Made by a program: the position numbers and the translations under genes
Virus record (IMG/VR): IMGVR_UViG_3300033075_000275
Coordinates: 15,873 to 79,872 of that record
Source of the DNA: a virus
Lineage: Duplodnaviria; Caudoviricetes
Length of the DNA stretch: 64,000 nt
Direction: 5' to 3' (one strand)
The notes under the pieces: generated by a model
Databases searched by the model: none
The model's input: the letters and a program-made list of their open reading frames with translations, nothing else
What the model was told of the DNA's origin: nothing
Shown here: positions 1 to 10,996 of the stretch, one piece after another
Layout of the letters: every line of letters begins with the position of its first letter
Position numbering within the stretch: the stretch's first letter is position 1

Positions 1-1876
1 AGGCTGGGTATTCGAACGAATCATGTGCATTGCCATGCGCTGCCGGGCGGGTCAACAATGCACCGCGCGTCAGATTCTCAACCCTACCAGTGAAATTGAC
101 AGTACCATTGGCATCGGAGTACACTTCTGATAACTGCTGCTTACTCTTAACCGTTACAGTTTTATATGCACCCGTTGCTAGACTCAAATACTGATACTGC
201 ATCCCATCAAACTTTATGCACTCCTGATCGTACATCATATATCCAGAAAACGACCCCCAGCGAGAACTGCTCAACGCCGTGCTGTCTATGTACATATATG
301 TCTGTGTGTCATCCATCGCCTGAGTCACGCGGGCTGCGCCCAGCAATACAGGGTTTTCTGGTGAGTACAACACACGATCAGCCATTCTGGAATAGGCAAC
401 GGTTGATGTGTTCTTGTACTGTCCTTCATCCGGGTCATTGCTGCGACTCGGCTTCATCGGCTTGAATTTCATTATCGCCTTGTTTACGACTTCCAGGGGC
501 TCCGCCTCATGCTCTTCAATATTCGCTAGAACCGCACCCTCCGTCTGTCCGTAGAAATCCCATTGAGACGAGAATGTTCTGTCATACAGATATTCTTTCG
601 ACATGATGTTCAACTTACCATAATTGTCGAATGTCACGGCGCATTGATATCCACGACATATCTCTTTTATACATTCCCAAACATTCTGCTGCGATGTAGT
701 CCAGTACCAGTCAATTATCTGTTCAGGAATATCCTGTACTGTTTTGATCACAACGTCATTGAATCCCACCGAGTCAAGGATACGCCATATGGCGGCTGTC
801 GGGGTGGTCTTTGTCAGCAGCATATCCGGCGCCTGTATGCTTTGGAATTCCAGCGAGTAGTCAAACATGGATAGCGTAATCGCATCACCATCACCAGTTG
901 AGTGCGAGTCTACATACATATCCATATCATAGATAGTCTCATTGTTCACCACTGATGTTACTACCACGTTGGCCCAGCGCCTAGTCAGTATATTCAACGA
1001 TCCAGAATCGTTGAATGCATAGTCGGTATTGTCTAGTAGAACCTCACCATTGTTGGCGCTCACTGTTCCAAGTGGGGTCAGCGCATCATCTTCTGCAAGG
1101 TTATTGGTTGTACTCCATGAAATAAGTCTACTTGTTACATCAACAACTAGACGAGGTGAAACCTCGATAATCGCCGGATAGTGACCCTGTGTCATTGAAT
1201 CGACAGAGAATCTGATTCCAGTTATCTGAATGGCATCACTTATAGCAAATGTTGTTGGTGGCGTTGTAGACCATGTGTTGTTCTTTCTATAGTAAACAAT
1301 ACGACCGTCTGCATCCGGCGCCGTCTCACATAATAGATTCCAGTCTCCAAGCGTATCCCTATACTCGATATACACAGATAGCGGCTTATCGAGTGTTGCT
1401 TCGAACAACATGTAGAACTTGTTGGTAGAAACTGGTGCGTCATATGTCATCTCAACATATGGAGACTGTACCGCCGCCGCAAAATATTCGTATCTATCTT
1501 CTGATCCCACAACGTAGAGTCTTGGTATCAGGGTCCATCCATCTATTGATGAGTTGTATGTTGCACACAGATTAACATTGTTTGCTCTTGACTGGCTCCA
1601 CCATTTACCATTGATATTACCACTATAATTCCTGGCACGGGGCTTCACAATTCCGGCCCGGCGGGGGCGATGAGGCTTCACTATGTTGTCTACGTTGAAC
1701 TTTGCCTCAAAATATTCCTGTTCTTCAATGTCCGCCGTTCCATAGATATCAGCCTTGTTGCCGAATGAAGAAACCGTCAGATATCTGTTCATGTTCAACT
1801 CGACCACAGCCTTGTTCGTCATATTGACAACGTGGTTTTGTTTCACATAGTTCTTGGTTGCGGTTAAACCTCTCAT
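1..1876 (-). CDS. Large minor tail / baseplate hub protein, truncated by window start
   Basis: ATG at 1876 overlaps the upstream TAA. Frame reads MRGLTATKNYVKQNHVVNMTNKAVVELNMNRY... with no stop seen in the parts translated; position after TMP and distal-tail gene. Not in the ORF track (incomplete). Confidence 0.75.
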   Translation of the reverse strand, partial: MRGLTATKNYVKQNHVVNMTNKAVVELNMNRYLTVSSFGNKADIYGTADIEEQEYFEAKFNVDNIVKPHRPRRAGIVKPRARNYSGNINGKWWSQSRANNVNLCATYNSSIDGWTLIPRLYVVGSEDRYEYFAAAVQSPYVEMTYDAPVSTNKFYMLFEATLDKPLSVYIEYRDTLGDWNLLCETAPDADGRIVYYRKNNTWSTTPPTTFAISDAIQITGIRFSVDSMTQGHYPAIIEVSPRLVVDVTSRLISWSTTNNLAEDDALTPLGTVSANNGEVLLDNTDYAFNDSGSLNILTRRWANVVVTSVVNNETIYDMDMYVDSHSTGDGDAITLSMFDYSLEFQSIQAPDMLLTKTTPTAAIWRILDSVGFNDVVIKTVQDIPEQIIDWYWTTSQQNVWECIKEICRGYQCAVTFDNYGKLNIMSKEYLYDRTFSSQWDFYGQTEGAVLANIEEHEAEPLEVVNKAIMKFKPMKPSRSNDPDEGQYKNTSTVAYSRMADRVLYSPENPVLLGAARVTQAMDDTQTYMYIDSTALSSSRWGSFSGYMMYDQECIKFDGMQYQYLSLATGAYKTVTVKSKQQLSEVYSDANGTVNFTGRVENLTRGALLTRPAAHGNAHDSFEYPA

Positions 1877-2301
1877 TAGACCTCTTCTAACTCTAGGGAT
1901 ACGTTCACAAGGTCGAACCCGGCTGGATGGTCAGATCGCTTTAGCACTACATATGAAAATGAAGAAATCATGCATGACTTGGTTATGCTGGTCCCGCCTC
2001 CGGGCTGGTCATATGTCAGAACTACAGTCACAACACCCGTGCTATTCTCATAGATATACTTGATATATCTAGCACCCTTGGCGCCATTGGCGGCATCAAC
2101 GACATACGAGTCGTTACTAGGAAGATTCTCCCACGACACTGATATGCGCTCTTTTGTGGCAATGACATTCTTGCGTAGAGTCCCGTCTATCATCCGGCGC
2201 TTGTTCTCTATACGCTCTGGCGATATCTCTATTTCTGAACGATTATGCTCTGTGAGTTTAGTGCCACCGATTGTTATGGCTGTACCACGGGGCAGATACA
2301 T
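1876..2301 (-). CDS. Minor tail protein (distal-tail-like)
   Basis: 141 aa immediately after tape measure, translationally coupled on both sides. Confidence 0.65.
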   Translation of the reverse strand: MYLPRGTAITIGGTKLTEHNRSEIEISPERIENKRRMIDGTLRKNVIATKERISVSWENLPSNDSYVVDAANGAKGARYIKYIYENSTGVVTVVLTYDQPGGGTSITKSCMISSFSYVVLKRSDHPAGFDLVNVSLELEEV

Positions 2302-5300
2302 TACCTATAGCCACCCTTTTTCTTTTCCAGTAGACGCATCTTATCCATCACAAGTTTAGCCACCTTTTCCTCATCCAAGTCCTTGCCGCTAGCATTCACT
2401 ATTACATTATACTGTGCTGAACCAGAATTTCCAAACGTGGCCGGATCGTATGTAAGGCTATTAATTGCACTCATCATACCAGAACCATACTTCTGTACAG
2501 CCGCGCGTTGTTGCACGAACTCTCCCGCCTGTGCAATGATAGAAACATCACTGCCTACTCCACCGAATACTGGACCGCCAGAGTGACGAGTCGGAACAGA
2601 CGGACCATGCACATTGGCATCTGGATTTCTTCCACCGCGATTTGGTCCCCATGGAACCCGTATGTCAGCAAATGTACCATTTACGATAGCCATGGTAGCG
2701 GGAGATACGCCAGCAAAGATCGCCAGCCCAGTAGCACCATTACCAATATTACGAGCAATGATACCAATGTCTCTAGTGTTTAGATGCAACTTGGCTAGAT
2801 TTATGCCAATATCATTAGCCACTACCTGTATATCCTTTACCTGTGCTGCCACCATTTCCTTGAAGTTGTCCTTGATACCCTTAAACAGTGTTTTTGCATC
2901 TACACCAAGCGTTTCTAATATACCTGTAAATGGTTTAAGCAAACCATTGATTTTATCTTCGGTTAATTCTGGATGGTTCATAATGTAGGCAACAGTTTCA
3001 TTGAACCTAGTCTTTAGTTTGTCTGCTGATTCAAGTGCTGATGTAGCGGCTGTATTCTGTGCTTCCGCCGCCGCGTCAGCGGCTTCCTTCGCAGCATCGT
3101 ATGCCTCTCTAGCCTTCTCGGTAAGTTTATCGTATGCATCCTTCTGTGCCTGCAATGACTCCTTGATCTTTTCATGCTTTGCGATTTCAGCATCAATAGC
3201 ATCCTGCTTGTTGTTCTGAGCAGTTTCATTGTTGAAGTCAATACGAGCAGACTCCATATCGTTCTTTACAAGGGCGGCTGCACCGAAGTCACCCGCCGCG
3301 ATTGCTTCACGGTACTTGATCTGCTGATCACGCATAGATTTTTCGAAATCAAGTTGGCGCTTGCGGGCGTCAAATGCCTTCTTCTCGGCATCCTGCTTTT
3401 CCTTGATCTTCTTGATTTCTTTATCTTCTGCCTTGATCTTGTCATCAATGGCTTCCTTTTGTGCCTTGTATGGATCAGTGAATTTCGGAGTCTTAGCCTT
3501 CTTGGCATTTTGCATTGTCCTATTCGCTTTGTCCTGAACGCCACTGAATGCATCATTTATCAGTTTTGCAGAATCTCCAAGTGCCTGCTCTCTAGCCGCA
3601 ATGATGTTGGCTTGAATTGCTCGCCCAATTGCTGTTTGTGCTGCCAATACTCCTTCTGCATTAATCTTCGCCATATTCATCATGTCAGCGAATGACTCAG
3701 CGCCTCGATATGCCGGATCAAGTTGAGAAACGACTGCGCCCCACTCTGTTGCTGTCAGCCCGGCATCCTTTGCCCCCGCCGCAAAAGCATCGCGCATCTT
3801 TGTAAAGTCTTGTCCATTCATTTCAGCCACATAGAAGCCAATTTGTCCAAAATTATTGGCAGCAAGTTGTAGATTCTCTGTATCAAAGAGCCTCTGGTTT
3901 GATAGTATTTGAAGGCTAGTCGTTGCCAACGGCAACCCCGCTGGTCCGGTAAACTCCGCATTATCCCTTATTTGCTGACTAATATCATCTATCGCCGTTT
4001 TCCAATCAGTTGTCTTAAGTCTTTCACGTAGAGCGTTCACCCATTGGTCGCCATTTTTAACACCAGCCTCTTGCAATATTCTGCCAAACTCACTGATACC
4101 ATCCTCAACCTTCTTTTTGTATGTACCCTTACCAAAGAATTCTATTTGCTGATCCACCCACTCCTGAGCGAATCCCTGCTTGTTTACAAGTCCACTCTTT
4201 GTTGTTGGTAGAGCCTCTATCTCTGTCTTAACTCTCAACAAATACTGTTCCTTTCCAGCCTTTTCTAGAATGGTCTGAATCATTAACTTAGTCTTTTCTG
4301 GATCAGCACCCTTTACTATCTTATCAATATAGAAGTCTTTTAGCGTTCCGACTATTTGATCAGCATTGTTTGACTCGGCAATCTTGCTGTACATCTGCTT
4401 GATAGCATCATTATCTGGAAGTTCGTCAATTGCCTTGCTGAGTTCGTCCATCTTTTTCCTAGCATCATCAATGGCGGGAATCAATGAGGTTCTAATAGGC
4501 TCCGCCATCTTGCCAAGTTTATACCCAAGTTGACCAGCCATATCAGCAGAATCTCGGAATTGTGCAACGGCCTTCTGATTAAATTCCTCTGTATTATTCT
4601 TCAACCACCACAGAGCAGTGATAAGACCGGCAATAGCAACACCCCATGGCCCGAACATCAATGACGCCGCCCTTCCGACCGTTGCCATTATTCCTGGGAG
4701 CGCCTTTAGCGCACCGGCAACCATTCCAATACCAGAAGAACCAACTTTACCAACGGCTCCAAGTGCCCCTCCCACCTTAGTTGCCCCGGTGGCAAGTATG
4801 CTCATCCTTCCAGATAGAGAGGTAATACTTGTTGCCATATTGGAAAATGTCTTAGCCAGTTTTTCAGACTTTGCAGCCTGACCGATCATAGGAGCAATCA
4901 TTGACGCCATGAAGCCGAACTGAGTTATTGATGCCATTGCCTCGCCACCAATACCCATCATTCCAGACATTGATGCTAGCATACCAACCTGACCAACATT
5001 GGTCATTCTATCTGCAAACCTACCACGGCGCTCTGCACCAGTAGACATTGGTATTGGCATATTTGGATCAGCAGCCTGTTGAGCAGCGGCCTCTTGTTGC
5101 TTTTGTGCCGCCACGTCTTGTTTGTCCGCAGCGACCTTGTTATCCCTGGCAGCCTTTTCGTTTTTATCTGCGGCAGCCTTTTGAGTATTTGCAGACGCTT
5201 TTTCAACCTCTGCGACCGCCTTATCTCTTGCAGTCTCCTGCTCGGTCAAAATGCGTTTAGTATCATCCTGCGAAACAAGATGAGAAGCGTCTCCTACAAC

Positions 5301-8213
5301 GTCGCCTGGGCTAATAACACCAACATCTTGTTGCCGTGCCAACTGCTCCATATAAACAAATCCCACCTGAGCACCACGGGTCAATCCACTATTATGTTGT
5401 GGTGCAAATACCTGATTTGGATTCAATCCAGAACCGCCACTAGTATATCTAACTCCCGCATTGGTTTGTGCCTGTGCTTTTGCTTGAATTTCTCCCAATT
5501 CTGACGCTAATACTCTCTTTATCGCCTTCTCTCGCTCTGTCGCGTCCTTAATGCCTCTTGTAGCATTCCTTATTTTTGTTTCTACATCTCTTACACGTTG
5601 CTTGATGGCTTCCTGTAATATTTCATCATTCGCAATAAAGTCATCCATTGCCTTACTTATTACTTGCGCTCGATCTGCCTCGGTAAATGGAACTTTTTTG
5701 TCGCTAGCCTTTTTTCTCGCTGCTGTCACTGCCGCTTTTGTAGCCTGTGTCAGTTTTGTCTCGACCCTACCAGTCTTTTCATCTGCTACAAACGTTGGAA
5801 GTTCAGAAAGCACCTGAGCCCTAGCGTTCCATTGCATTGTAACTGCCTTGCGCTCCTCTGGTGAAATTGCTAACTGGCGCATTGTAGTTCTCTGTTCAGG
5901 TGAAATATTCTTAATAGCCTCTTGAACCTTAGCAATATCCTGTGATAATATGTCACCAAGAACCTTTTTAGTTTTTGCATCTAACTTATCGGCAAATCTT
6001 TGAATCTCAGTTGCCCTTGCCATTAACATTGCATCAGTATCTATTTTGTTACCACTATCATCCTTGGTATATCTCTTATTCTTCGCTGGTAGCGCGCCAA
6101 AACCTTCAAATGCTGTTCGTGGAAAATATACGTCACCTATGCGCTCCTGTGCCGTCGCAACTATATTACCAACTGGCATATACATTCCAGCACCATATGC
6201 GGCTCTATCATATGAATGTACGCCCGTAGCACGACCGGTACCATTAACCGCAGCCTCCTGTGCAACCTCGGCAGCAGCCTTACGCGCAGCAGCACCAGAC
6301 GCAGTAGCGGCAGTAGCACTAACACTTGTAAGTTGTTCAAGTGCTTCGACAAGTTTCCGAACCGCGTTCTCCATAACATTTGTAGCCTTTGCCTGATCGA
6401 ACATACTCTTTTCAAGCAAGTCCCCCGCCTGTTTTGTTGCAACGTCCTGGGCGGTTAACATCTGGAAGGCTCCGACTCCACCGCTCACCAATGAACGCAT
6501 AGTTGCAATACCCTTGATCATATATCCAAGGAAGTTACCGAAAATACCGGCCATCATAATCAGTGGACCGACAATCGCCATCGCTATTGATCCCATGATC
6601 AACATAGATTTCATCGACTCTGGCAGAGCATTAAACTTTTCTAGTAGCGAGTCAACAACACCTAGAATCTTTGTTCCAAATTCTAAGAACTGTTCACCGA
6701 TTGGAATAAGTTGTGCCTGGATTCCTTCCCATGTCCGCTTGAATCTACCTGATGCCGATTCGGTTAGAATTTTGATTTCTCGATCAGCAACCGCCGCTAA
6801 TTCTGCCGTGGATGCACCCATCAACTTCATAACCTGAATGGTCTGCGAACCCTGTTCACCAATATTATTCAACAGGGCCGAGATTCTGGCGAATTGGAAC
6901 TTACCGAATACCTGCTCGATAACGCGGGCGCGGGAAAGATCGTCAAGGCCAGCCAACGACTTCTTGAATGCCATAATGGTAGGAATAAGTTTTCCAGCAT
7001 TGTTGTTGATGATACCAACAATATCCACTCCGAATGTCTTTAGAACCTCGGTAGTCTGCTTTGTCGGGTTAATCAGCGAAGCCAATGATGACTTGATCGC
7101 GTTAGCGGCCTCTGATGCGGGGATACCACCCTCGCGCATAGCAACCAGCATCAGAGTTAGGTCTTTAATGTCACCGCCAAGGCTCTTGACAACCGGCCCG
7201 GCCTTTGGAATGGCGGTCGTAATATCCTGTAGGCTGGCAGACGTCTGGTTTTCTACGGCGTTAAGGAAGTTAATGGAATTAGCGAGTTCCACCGTATTTT
7301 GCTTGAAAGCAGTTTGAATGGACAGGGTGGTTTTCATGGCGTCCTGTCTGTCAATTTCACCCAGGACGGCTAGACGTGTCGTCTGCTCTATCGAGCCCAT
7401 AAGTTTCTCGCCTTCAAGGCCGGTAGCAGCCAGTTCAGCCGCCAGGCCAAGCGTTTCCTTTACGGCAATACCATATGTACTGGCAATGGATGTTGCCACT
7501 GCAAGTGTTTGTGTGCGTAGTCGATCCATTGCCCCGGGATCAGCCATTGTCTGTAGCGAGTTACCATAAACCTTAGTAAGTCGAACTAACTGCTGATCCA
7601 CTTCATAGAAGGCCTTTGCAGATGCAGCGGCGAATATCATCGTTGGAATAGTAAGACCAACCATCAACTGACGACCGGCCCATTGAGTGTTCTTACCCCA
7701 ATTAATCATCGCGGTACCACCATCGGACAGTACCTTGTTGAATATCTGCAACTGCTTGCGAGCAAGCATGGTCTTTGAGGCATGAGTTGCCATGTCTACC
7801 CCGGTCGGGGTGTATACATCAGCAGCCAGCGCACCCGTAGCAGTGCGCCCCTTCGCCACAATAATACTACGCTCCATTGCGGTCTGCTGCTTTGCTAATT
7901 TTCTGATATTACTTTCACGCTTGGAAACAAAATTACCGAACTCCCTGGCATACTGACGGAGCGTGAGTTTCTGATCCATCAGTGATCTACCGAAAGTCTC
8001 GGTCGCATTGGCAATTTGTACCGTTTGCTTCGTATATTGACCAGACCTTGTTAAAGCAGTACCAAATGTATTCAGTGCAGTAGTGACGCCTTCTGCGTTG
8101 ACAGCATTCAGCGATGCGTTCAAACGTCCGATGGACGAGTTGACAGCAGTAATGTCAGCGATAAGATCAGCGAAATGACCATTTGCCCGGAACTCAATAT
8201 TAACTATTGACAT
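2301..8213 (-). CDS. Tape measure protein
   Basis: 1970 aa Ala-rich helical protein with TP901-type core (AFYEVDQQLVRLTKVYG...GIPASEAANAIK), hydrophobic segments, C-terminal HSGGPV..AGEFV motif; follows tail chaperones. Confidence 0.95.
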   Translation of the reverse strand: MSIVNIEFRANGHFADLIADITAVNSSIGRLNASLNAVNAEGVTTALNTFGTALTRSGQYTKQTVQIANATETFGRSLMDQKLTLRQYAREFGNFVSKRESNIRKLAKQQTAMERSIIVAKGRTATGALAADVYTPTGVDMATHASKTMLARKQLQIFNKVLSDGGTAMINWGKNTQWAGRQLMVGLTIPTMIFAAASAKAFYEVDQQLVRLTKVYGNSLQTMADPGAMDRLRTQTLAVATSIASTYGIAVKETLGLAAELAATGLEGEKLMGSIEQTTRLAVLGEIDRQDAMKTTLSIQTAFKQNTVELANSINFLNAVENQTSASLQDITTAIPKAGPVVKSLGGDIKDLTLMLVAMREGGIPASEAANAIKSSLASLINPTKQTTEVLKTFGVDIVGIINNNAGKLIPTIMAFKKSLAGLDDLSRARVIEQVFGKFQFARISALLNNIGEQGSQTIQVMKLMGASTAELAAVADREIKILTESASGRFKRTWEGIQAQLIPIGEQFLEFGTKILGVVDSLLEKFNALPESMKSMLIMGSIAMAIVGPLIMMAGIFGNFLGYMIKGIATMRSLVSGGVGAFQMLTAQDVATKQAGDLLEKSMFDQAKATNVMENAVRKLVEALEQLTSVSATAATASGAAARKAAAEVAQEAAVNGTGRATGVHSYDRAAYGAGMYMPVGNIVATAQERIGDVYFPRTAFEGFGALPAKNKRYTKDDSGNKIDTDAMLMARATEIQRFADKLDAKTKKVLGDILSQDIAKVQEAIKNISPEQRTTMRQLAISPEERKAVTMQWNARAQVLSELPTFVADEKTGRVETKLTQATKAAVTAARKKASDKKVPFTEADRAQVISKAMDDFIANDEILQEAIKQRVRDVETKIRNATRGIKDATEREKAIKRVLASELGEIQAKAQAQTNAGVRYTSGGSGLNPNQVFAPQHNSGLTRGAQVGFVYMEQLARQQDVGVISPGDVVGDASHLVSQDDTKRILTEQETARDKAVAEVEKASANTQKAAADKNEKAARDNKVAADKQDVAAQKQQEAAAQQAADPNMPIPMSTGAERRGRFADRMTNVGQVGMLASMSGMMGIGGEAMASITQFGFMASMIAPMIGQAAKSEKLAKTFSNMATSITSLSGRMSILATGATKVGGALGAVGKVGSSGIGMVAGALKALPGIMATVGRAASLMFGPWGVAIAGLITALWWLKNNTEEFNQKAVAQFRDSADMAGQLGYKLGKMAEPIRTSLIPAIDDARKKMDELSKAIDELPDNDAIKQMYSKIAESNNADQIVGTLKDFYIDKIVKGADPEKTKLMIQTILEKAGKEQYLLRVKTEIEALPTTKSGLVNKQGFAQEWVDQQIEFFGKGTYKKKVEDGISEFGRILQEAGVKNGDQWVNALRERLKTTDWKTAIDDISQQIRDNAEFTGPAGLPLATTSLQILSNQRLFDTENLQLAANNFGQIGFYVAEMNGQDFTKMRDAFAAGAKDAGLTATEWGAVVSQLDPAYRGAESFADMMNMAKINAEGVLAAQTAIGRAIQANIIAAREQALGDSAKLINDAFSGVQDKANRTMQNAKKAKTPKFTDPYKAQKEAIDDKIKAEDKEIKKIKEKQDAEKKAFDARKRQLDFEKSMRDQQIKYREAIAAGDFGAAALVKNDMESARIDFNNETAQNNKQDAIDAEIAKHEKIKESLQAQKDAYDKLTEKAREAYDAAKEAADAAAEAQNTAATSALESADKLKTRFNETVAYIMNHPELTEDKINGLLKPFTGILETLGVDAKTLFKGIKDNFKEMVAAQVKDIQVVANDIGINLAKLHLNTRDIGIIARNIGNGATGLAIFAGVSPATMAIVNGTFADIRVPWGPNRGGRNPDANVHGPSVPTRHSGGPVFGGVGSDVSIIAQAGEFVQQRAAVQKYGSGMMSAINSLTYDPATFGNSGSAQYNVIVNASGKDLDEEKVAKLVMDKMRLLEKKKGGYR

Positions 8214-8886
8214 TATTCAACTATTTCATATTCAAGCCCAAAGCCAATACCGAAGCCCGCTTCTTCTGCTAGCGCGCCCTTTAATCCAACGATATCGTTG
8301 ACTGTTGGGTCGTCTCCTAGCGCCCGTCTGCGAACGTCCGACGCTGTAACTTCTGACTCGTCCTTTCCGAAATCCCCGCCGCCCCACGGTGCCAGCAATA
8401 TTCTGTACAGTTCTTTGTCCTTTTCGTTCAATGCCTTTGCCGTAGCGAACAATTCCGGTAGTGATAAACATTCCTCCAAATCATCATAATTTTTCCATAC
8501 ACCGACCTTAGAGAATACTAATGACTCTATGTATTCAAGGTCTAACTCAGCCCAGCCTGTGCCTGACTCATTATTGCTGCCTGAATTAAATTTTCATCGT
8601 TCAGTTTTAACCCACCGCATATCTCTAGTACGCGATAGATAGTTTCGATATCCAGGGCCTCTTCAAGAGCGTCCCTGTCTGCTACCAAGTCCGGTAGTTC
8701 TTTTGCTAGACAAATGGCAGTAAGGTCAACGAAAATATCAGTTGCTTGCTCATCAGTTTCGGCAGTCTTTAGACCTTCTAGCGTCTTTTGAAAAGCCTTC
8801 ATAGCCTTGATGTTCAATGGCCTTAATGTAGCCACCGATCCATCCTGCAACTCGATTTCTTCAACCTGATAAACTGTCTTTGGCAT
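8213..8886 (-). CDS. Tail assembly chaperone, long (-1 frameshift) form
   Basis: The -1 frame is open from the slippery site through WAELDLEYIESLVFSKVGVWKNYDDLEECLSLPEL... to the TAA at 8213 that overlaps the TMP ATG. Confidence 0.8.
8542..8886 (-). CDS. Tail assembly chaperone, short form
   Basis: 114 aa between major tail and TMP, GGAGG RBS. Confidence 0.85.
   Translation of the reverse strand: MPKTVYQVEEIELQDGSVATLRPLNIKAMKAFQKTLEGLKTAETDEQATDIFVDLTAICLAKELPDLVADRDALEEALDIETIYRVLEICGGLKLNDENLIQAAIMSQAQAGLS
8587..8593 (-). other. -1 ribosomal slippery heptamer A AAT TTA
   Basis: Canonical X XXY YYZ in the correct frame, located just after the last -1-frame stop. Confidence 0.75.
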
Positions 8887-8940
8887 TAATCCTCCTAGTG
8901 TTATGTCATCATTATAGCAAGTTTGTTAGAAAACACAAAT

Positions 8941-8970
8941 GACGAGGGGCCGCGTCTGCGACCCCTCGCC
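8941..8970 (-). terminator. Intrinsic terminator after major tail gene
   Basis: GCGAGGGG...CCCCTCGT stem followed by T-rich tract on minus strand. Confidence 0.65.
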
Positions 8971-8991
8971 TATTCAATTGTTGTTAAGTTG

Positions 8992-9603
8992 TCACCAAGC
9001 GCGGTCTACGATTTTACCATATGCGTTTGATGTTGATGCCAACGGAAGCAATCGGAATGAAACTGGGAATACTGTTGCCTCGTTACGCTTAATACCCTGC
9101 TCGGAAGCCTCCATCGAAAGTGCTCGATGAGCGAAGTAAATACGCTCTGATACTGTCGCTGTACGCGGGGCGGGTCCAATCGCAAGAAGCGAACGCTCCT
9201 GCGGGAACTCACCCAACTGTCCCGCCTGAATCTCTAGCGATGATACTGCATCTGCTACTCCTGCGTGAGCAGTGTTGTATCCGGCAGACTGTGCATAAAC
9301 AACAAACAGATTCTCTAGAGTTGCCTCTGCGAACGTTGTGTTTAGCATAACCTTCATGCCCTGCTTGAACAGCAGCGATACGTCAAGGCTCTGGTCTACC
9401 TGAACCTCACCAAAATCAGGTTCGTAACGGAGAGTCAGACCTTCCTGCGTGAATCCTACGTCTCTCCAATTGGTTGTGTCGGCTGCTACTGTCGTAGCGG
9501 CCCTAACTCCCGCGCTCAATGTTGGGAACGCTGGTGTAACATTTGTGTTCTTTGCTACAAAGAATGCGGCAGCACCGACGATAATATTACGCTCTAATGC
9601 CAT
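8992..9603 (-). CDS. Major tail (tube) protein
   Basis: 203 aa, WRDVGFTQEGLTLRYEPDFGEVQVDQ motif; position before chaperones. Confidence 0.85.
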   Translation of the reverse strand: MALERNIIVGAAAFFVAKNTNVTPAFPTLSAGVRAATTVAADTTNWRDVGFTQEGLTLRYEPDFGEVQVDQSLDVSLLFKQGMKVMLNTTFAEATLENLFVVYAQSAGYNTAHAGVADAVSSLEIQAGQLGEFPQERSLLAIGPAPRTATVSERIYFAHRALSMEASEQGIKRNEATVFPVSFRLLPLASTSNAYGKIVDRAW

Positions 9604-9696
9604 GTGAAAATTTCACCTACCTTTATTTTGTGAATTTTTTGCTGGCTAGGCACTTCCTTTATGCCAATGGTATGCCCAAATAAATTAAAATGCAAA

Positions 9697-10206
9697 TTAG
9701 GTGTATCTGCCGGATGAATCAAGTTTTCTACTGTACTTATATGAAAGTATAAGGTCAGCCGTCTGGCGTCCGCCCTCATTCTCGGATTCACCGGATGCAA
9801 TAAATCCACCCACTTCTGTCGAAAAGAATGTGAACTTTGATGCAGCCGTTATATGTGTGTTGAGGTCACGGGCGGATTCGTCCATACGACGGAACAGATC
9901 GAGCATGAAGTTACCTATCTCCATGATTTTGTTGAAGTCTGGACAGAATATCGTCATAGTGATTTCGTCATTCAGGATTGCCCACAGGTCGGGGTCCTGC
10001 TCTGTATACACCGTATATACTATGTATGGTTTATCACCCAACAGGTTATGTGTTTCTGGCTGTTCCTGTGCTGGAATAAAAGGCATCAATGTTATATCAA
10101 GATCATCAAGATAGTAGTCGGCCTGGTTCAACACCCCGGCTGCGTCAATCTTGTCCCATACATATCCAAGCACTTCGAATGCTGCTGTAGCGGAGTAATC
10201 AGCCAC
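9697..10206 (-). CDS. Tail terminator / completion protein
   Basis: 169 aa acidic protein directly upstream of major tail gene. Confidence 0.6.
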   Translation of the reverse strand: MADYSATAAFEVLGYVWDKIDAAGVLNQADYYLDDLDITLMPFIPAQEQPETHNLLGDKPYIVYTVYTEQDPDLWAILNDEITMTIFCPDFNKIMEIGNFMLDLFRRMDESARDLNTHITAASKFTFFSTEVGGFIASGESENEGGRQTADLILSYKYSRKLDSSGRYT

Positions 10207-10996
10207 GAAGTCTCACCGCCCCCTCTATTGCGGAACGAGTCGGCTTAGACTTTGGATGTGGGTTTGCAATGTGTGCCGGAACGCTGGAACTCTTCTCAAT
10301 TCTACGAACCGGCTTATTGATGACGCCAGACTTGTTCAGGCGCTCCGTGAACATACGCCCACCGAAATAAGAATTGAACACCTTAGCGAATCCACCCTTA
10401 GTCATAATACCACCGGGAAGATTTACTCTGATTGGGCCAGTGCTAAACGCTATACCCCGCTTATTAGTATGACCACGAAAACTCCTAGCAATAAACGCCA
10501 TATATCTACCCCCAGGAGAGCGTCTCCGCATAGTTACGGGGATACCAAGTTCCATTACGGCGGCCTTCTGCTTGAATATCTGACTCTTGGTAACTTTACG
10601 TCCGTTTGGGCCTGGTACCTTTAAGTCTGGATGAATCGGAGCCTTACGCTTTGATAGTATGAATGAATATCCAGCAACGAATCCATTGCCTTTGTTGTTC
10701 TTCTTCAACCTCCACAGACGATTGCTTCCAATAGCATTCCACTCGTATACGTGGTGCAATGCTTTCGGGTTCGTCAAGGCGCGTGCATCAACAAACTGCC
10801 CGAAATCGTCCTTAGCGAATTCGTATACTTCGGCAGAAAACTTACGCATCTCTTTCGAACTTAACGCCTTTTCTGCAACAGCAAGTTCATAGTACAGAGT
10901 TCCAGCGATTGCCTGCCCCATGTTAGTGCTTATGTTGATTCTGCGACCAGGACGAATCGGCGTCACGGCCCGCTCAAAACCACCGACTCTAGCCAA
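10199..10996 (-). CDS. Neck / virion morphogenesis protein
   Basis: 265 aa basic protein in head-tail joining block, coupled to neighbours. Confidence 0.55.
   Translation of the reverse strand: MARVGGFERAVTPIRPGRRINISTNMGQAIAGTLYYELAVAEKALSSKEMRKFSAEVYEFAKDDFGQFVDARALTNPKALHHVYEWNAIGSNRLWRLKKNNKGNGFVAGYSFILSKRKAPIHPDLKVPGPNGRKVTKSQIFKQKAAVMELGIPVTMRRRSPGGRYMAFIARSFRGHTNKRGIAFSTGPIRVNLPGGIMTKGGFAKVFNSYFGGRMFTERLNKSGVINKPVRRIEKSSSVPAHIANPHPKSKPTRSAIEGAVRLRG

Noticed and set aside
2383-7569. Many plus-strand ORFs opposite the tape measure gene (and similar shadows over portal, capsid and RNR)
   Set aside because: Antisense shadows of long genes, with no RBS or motifs
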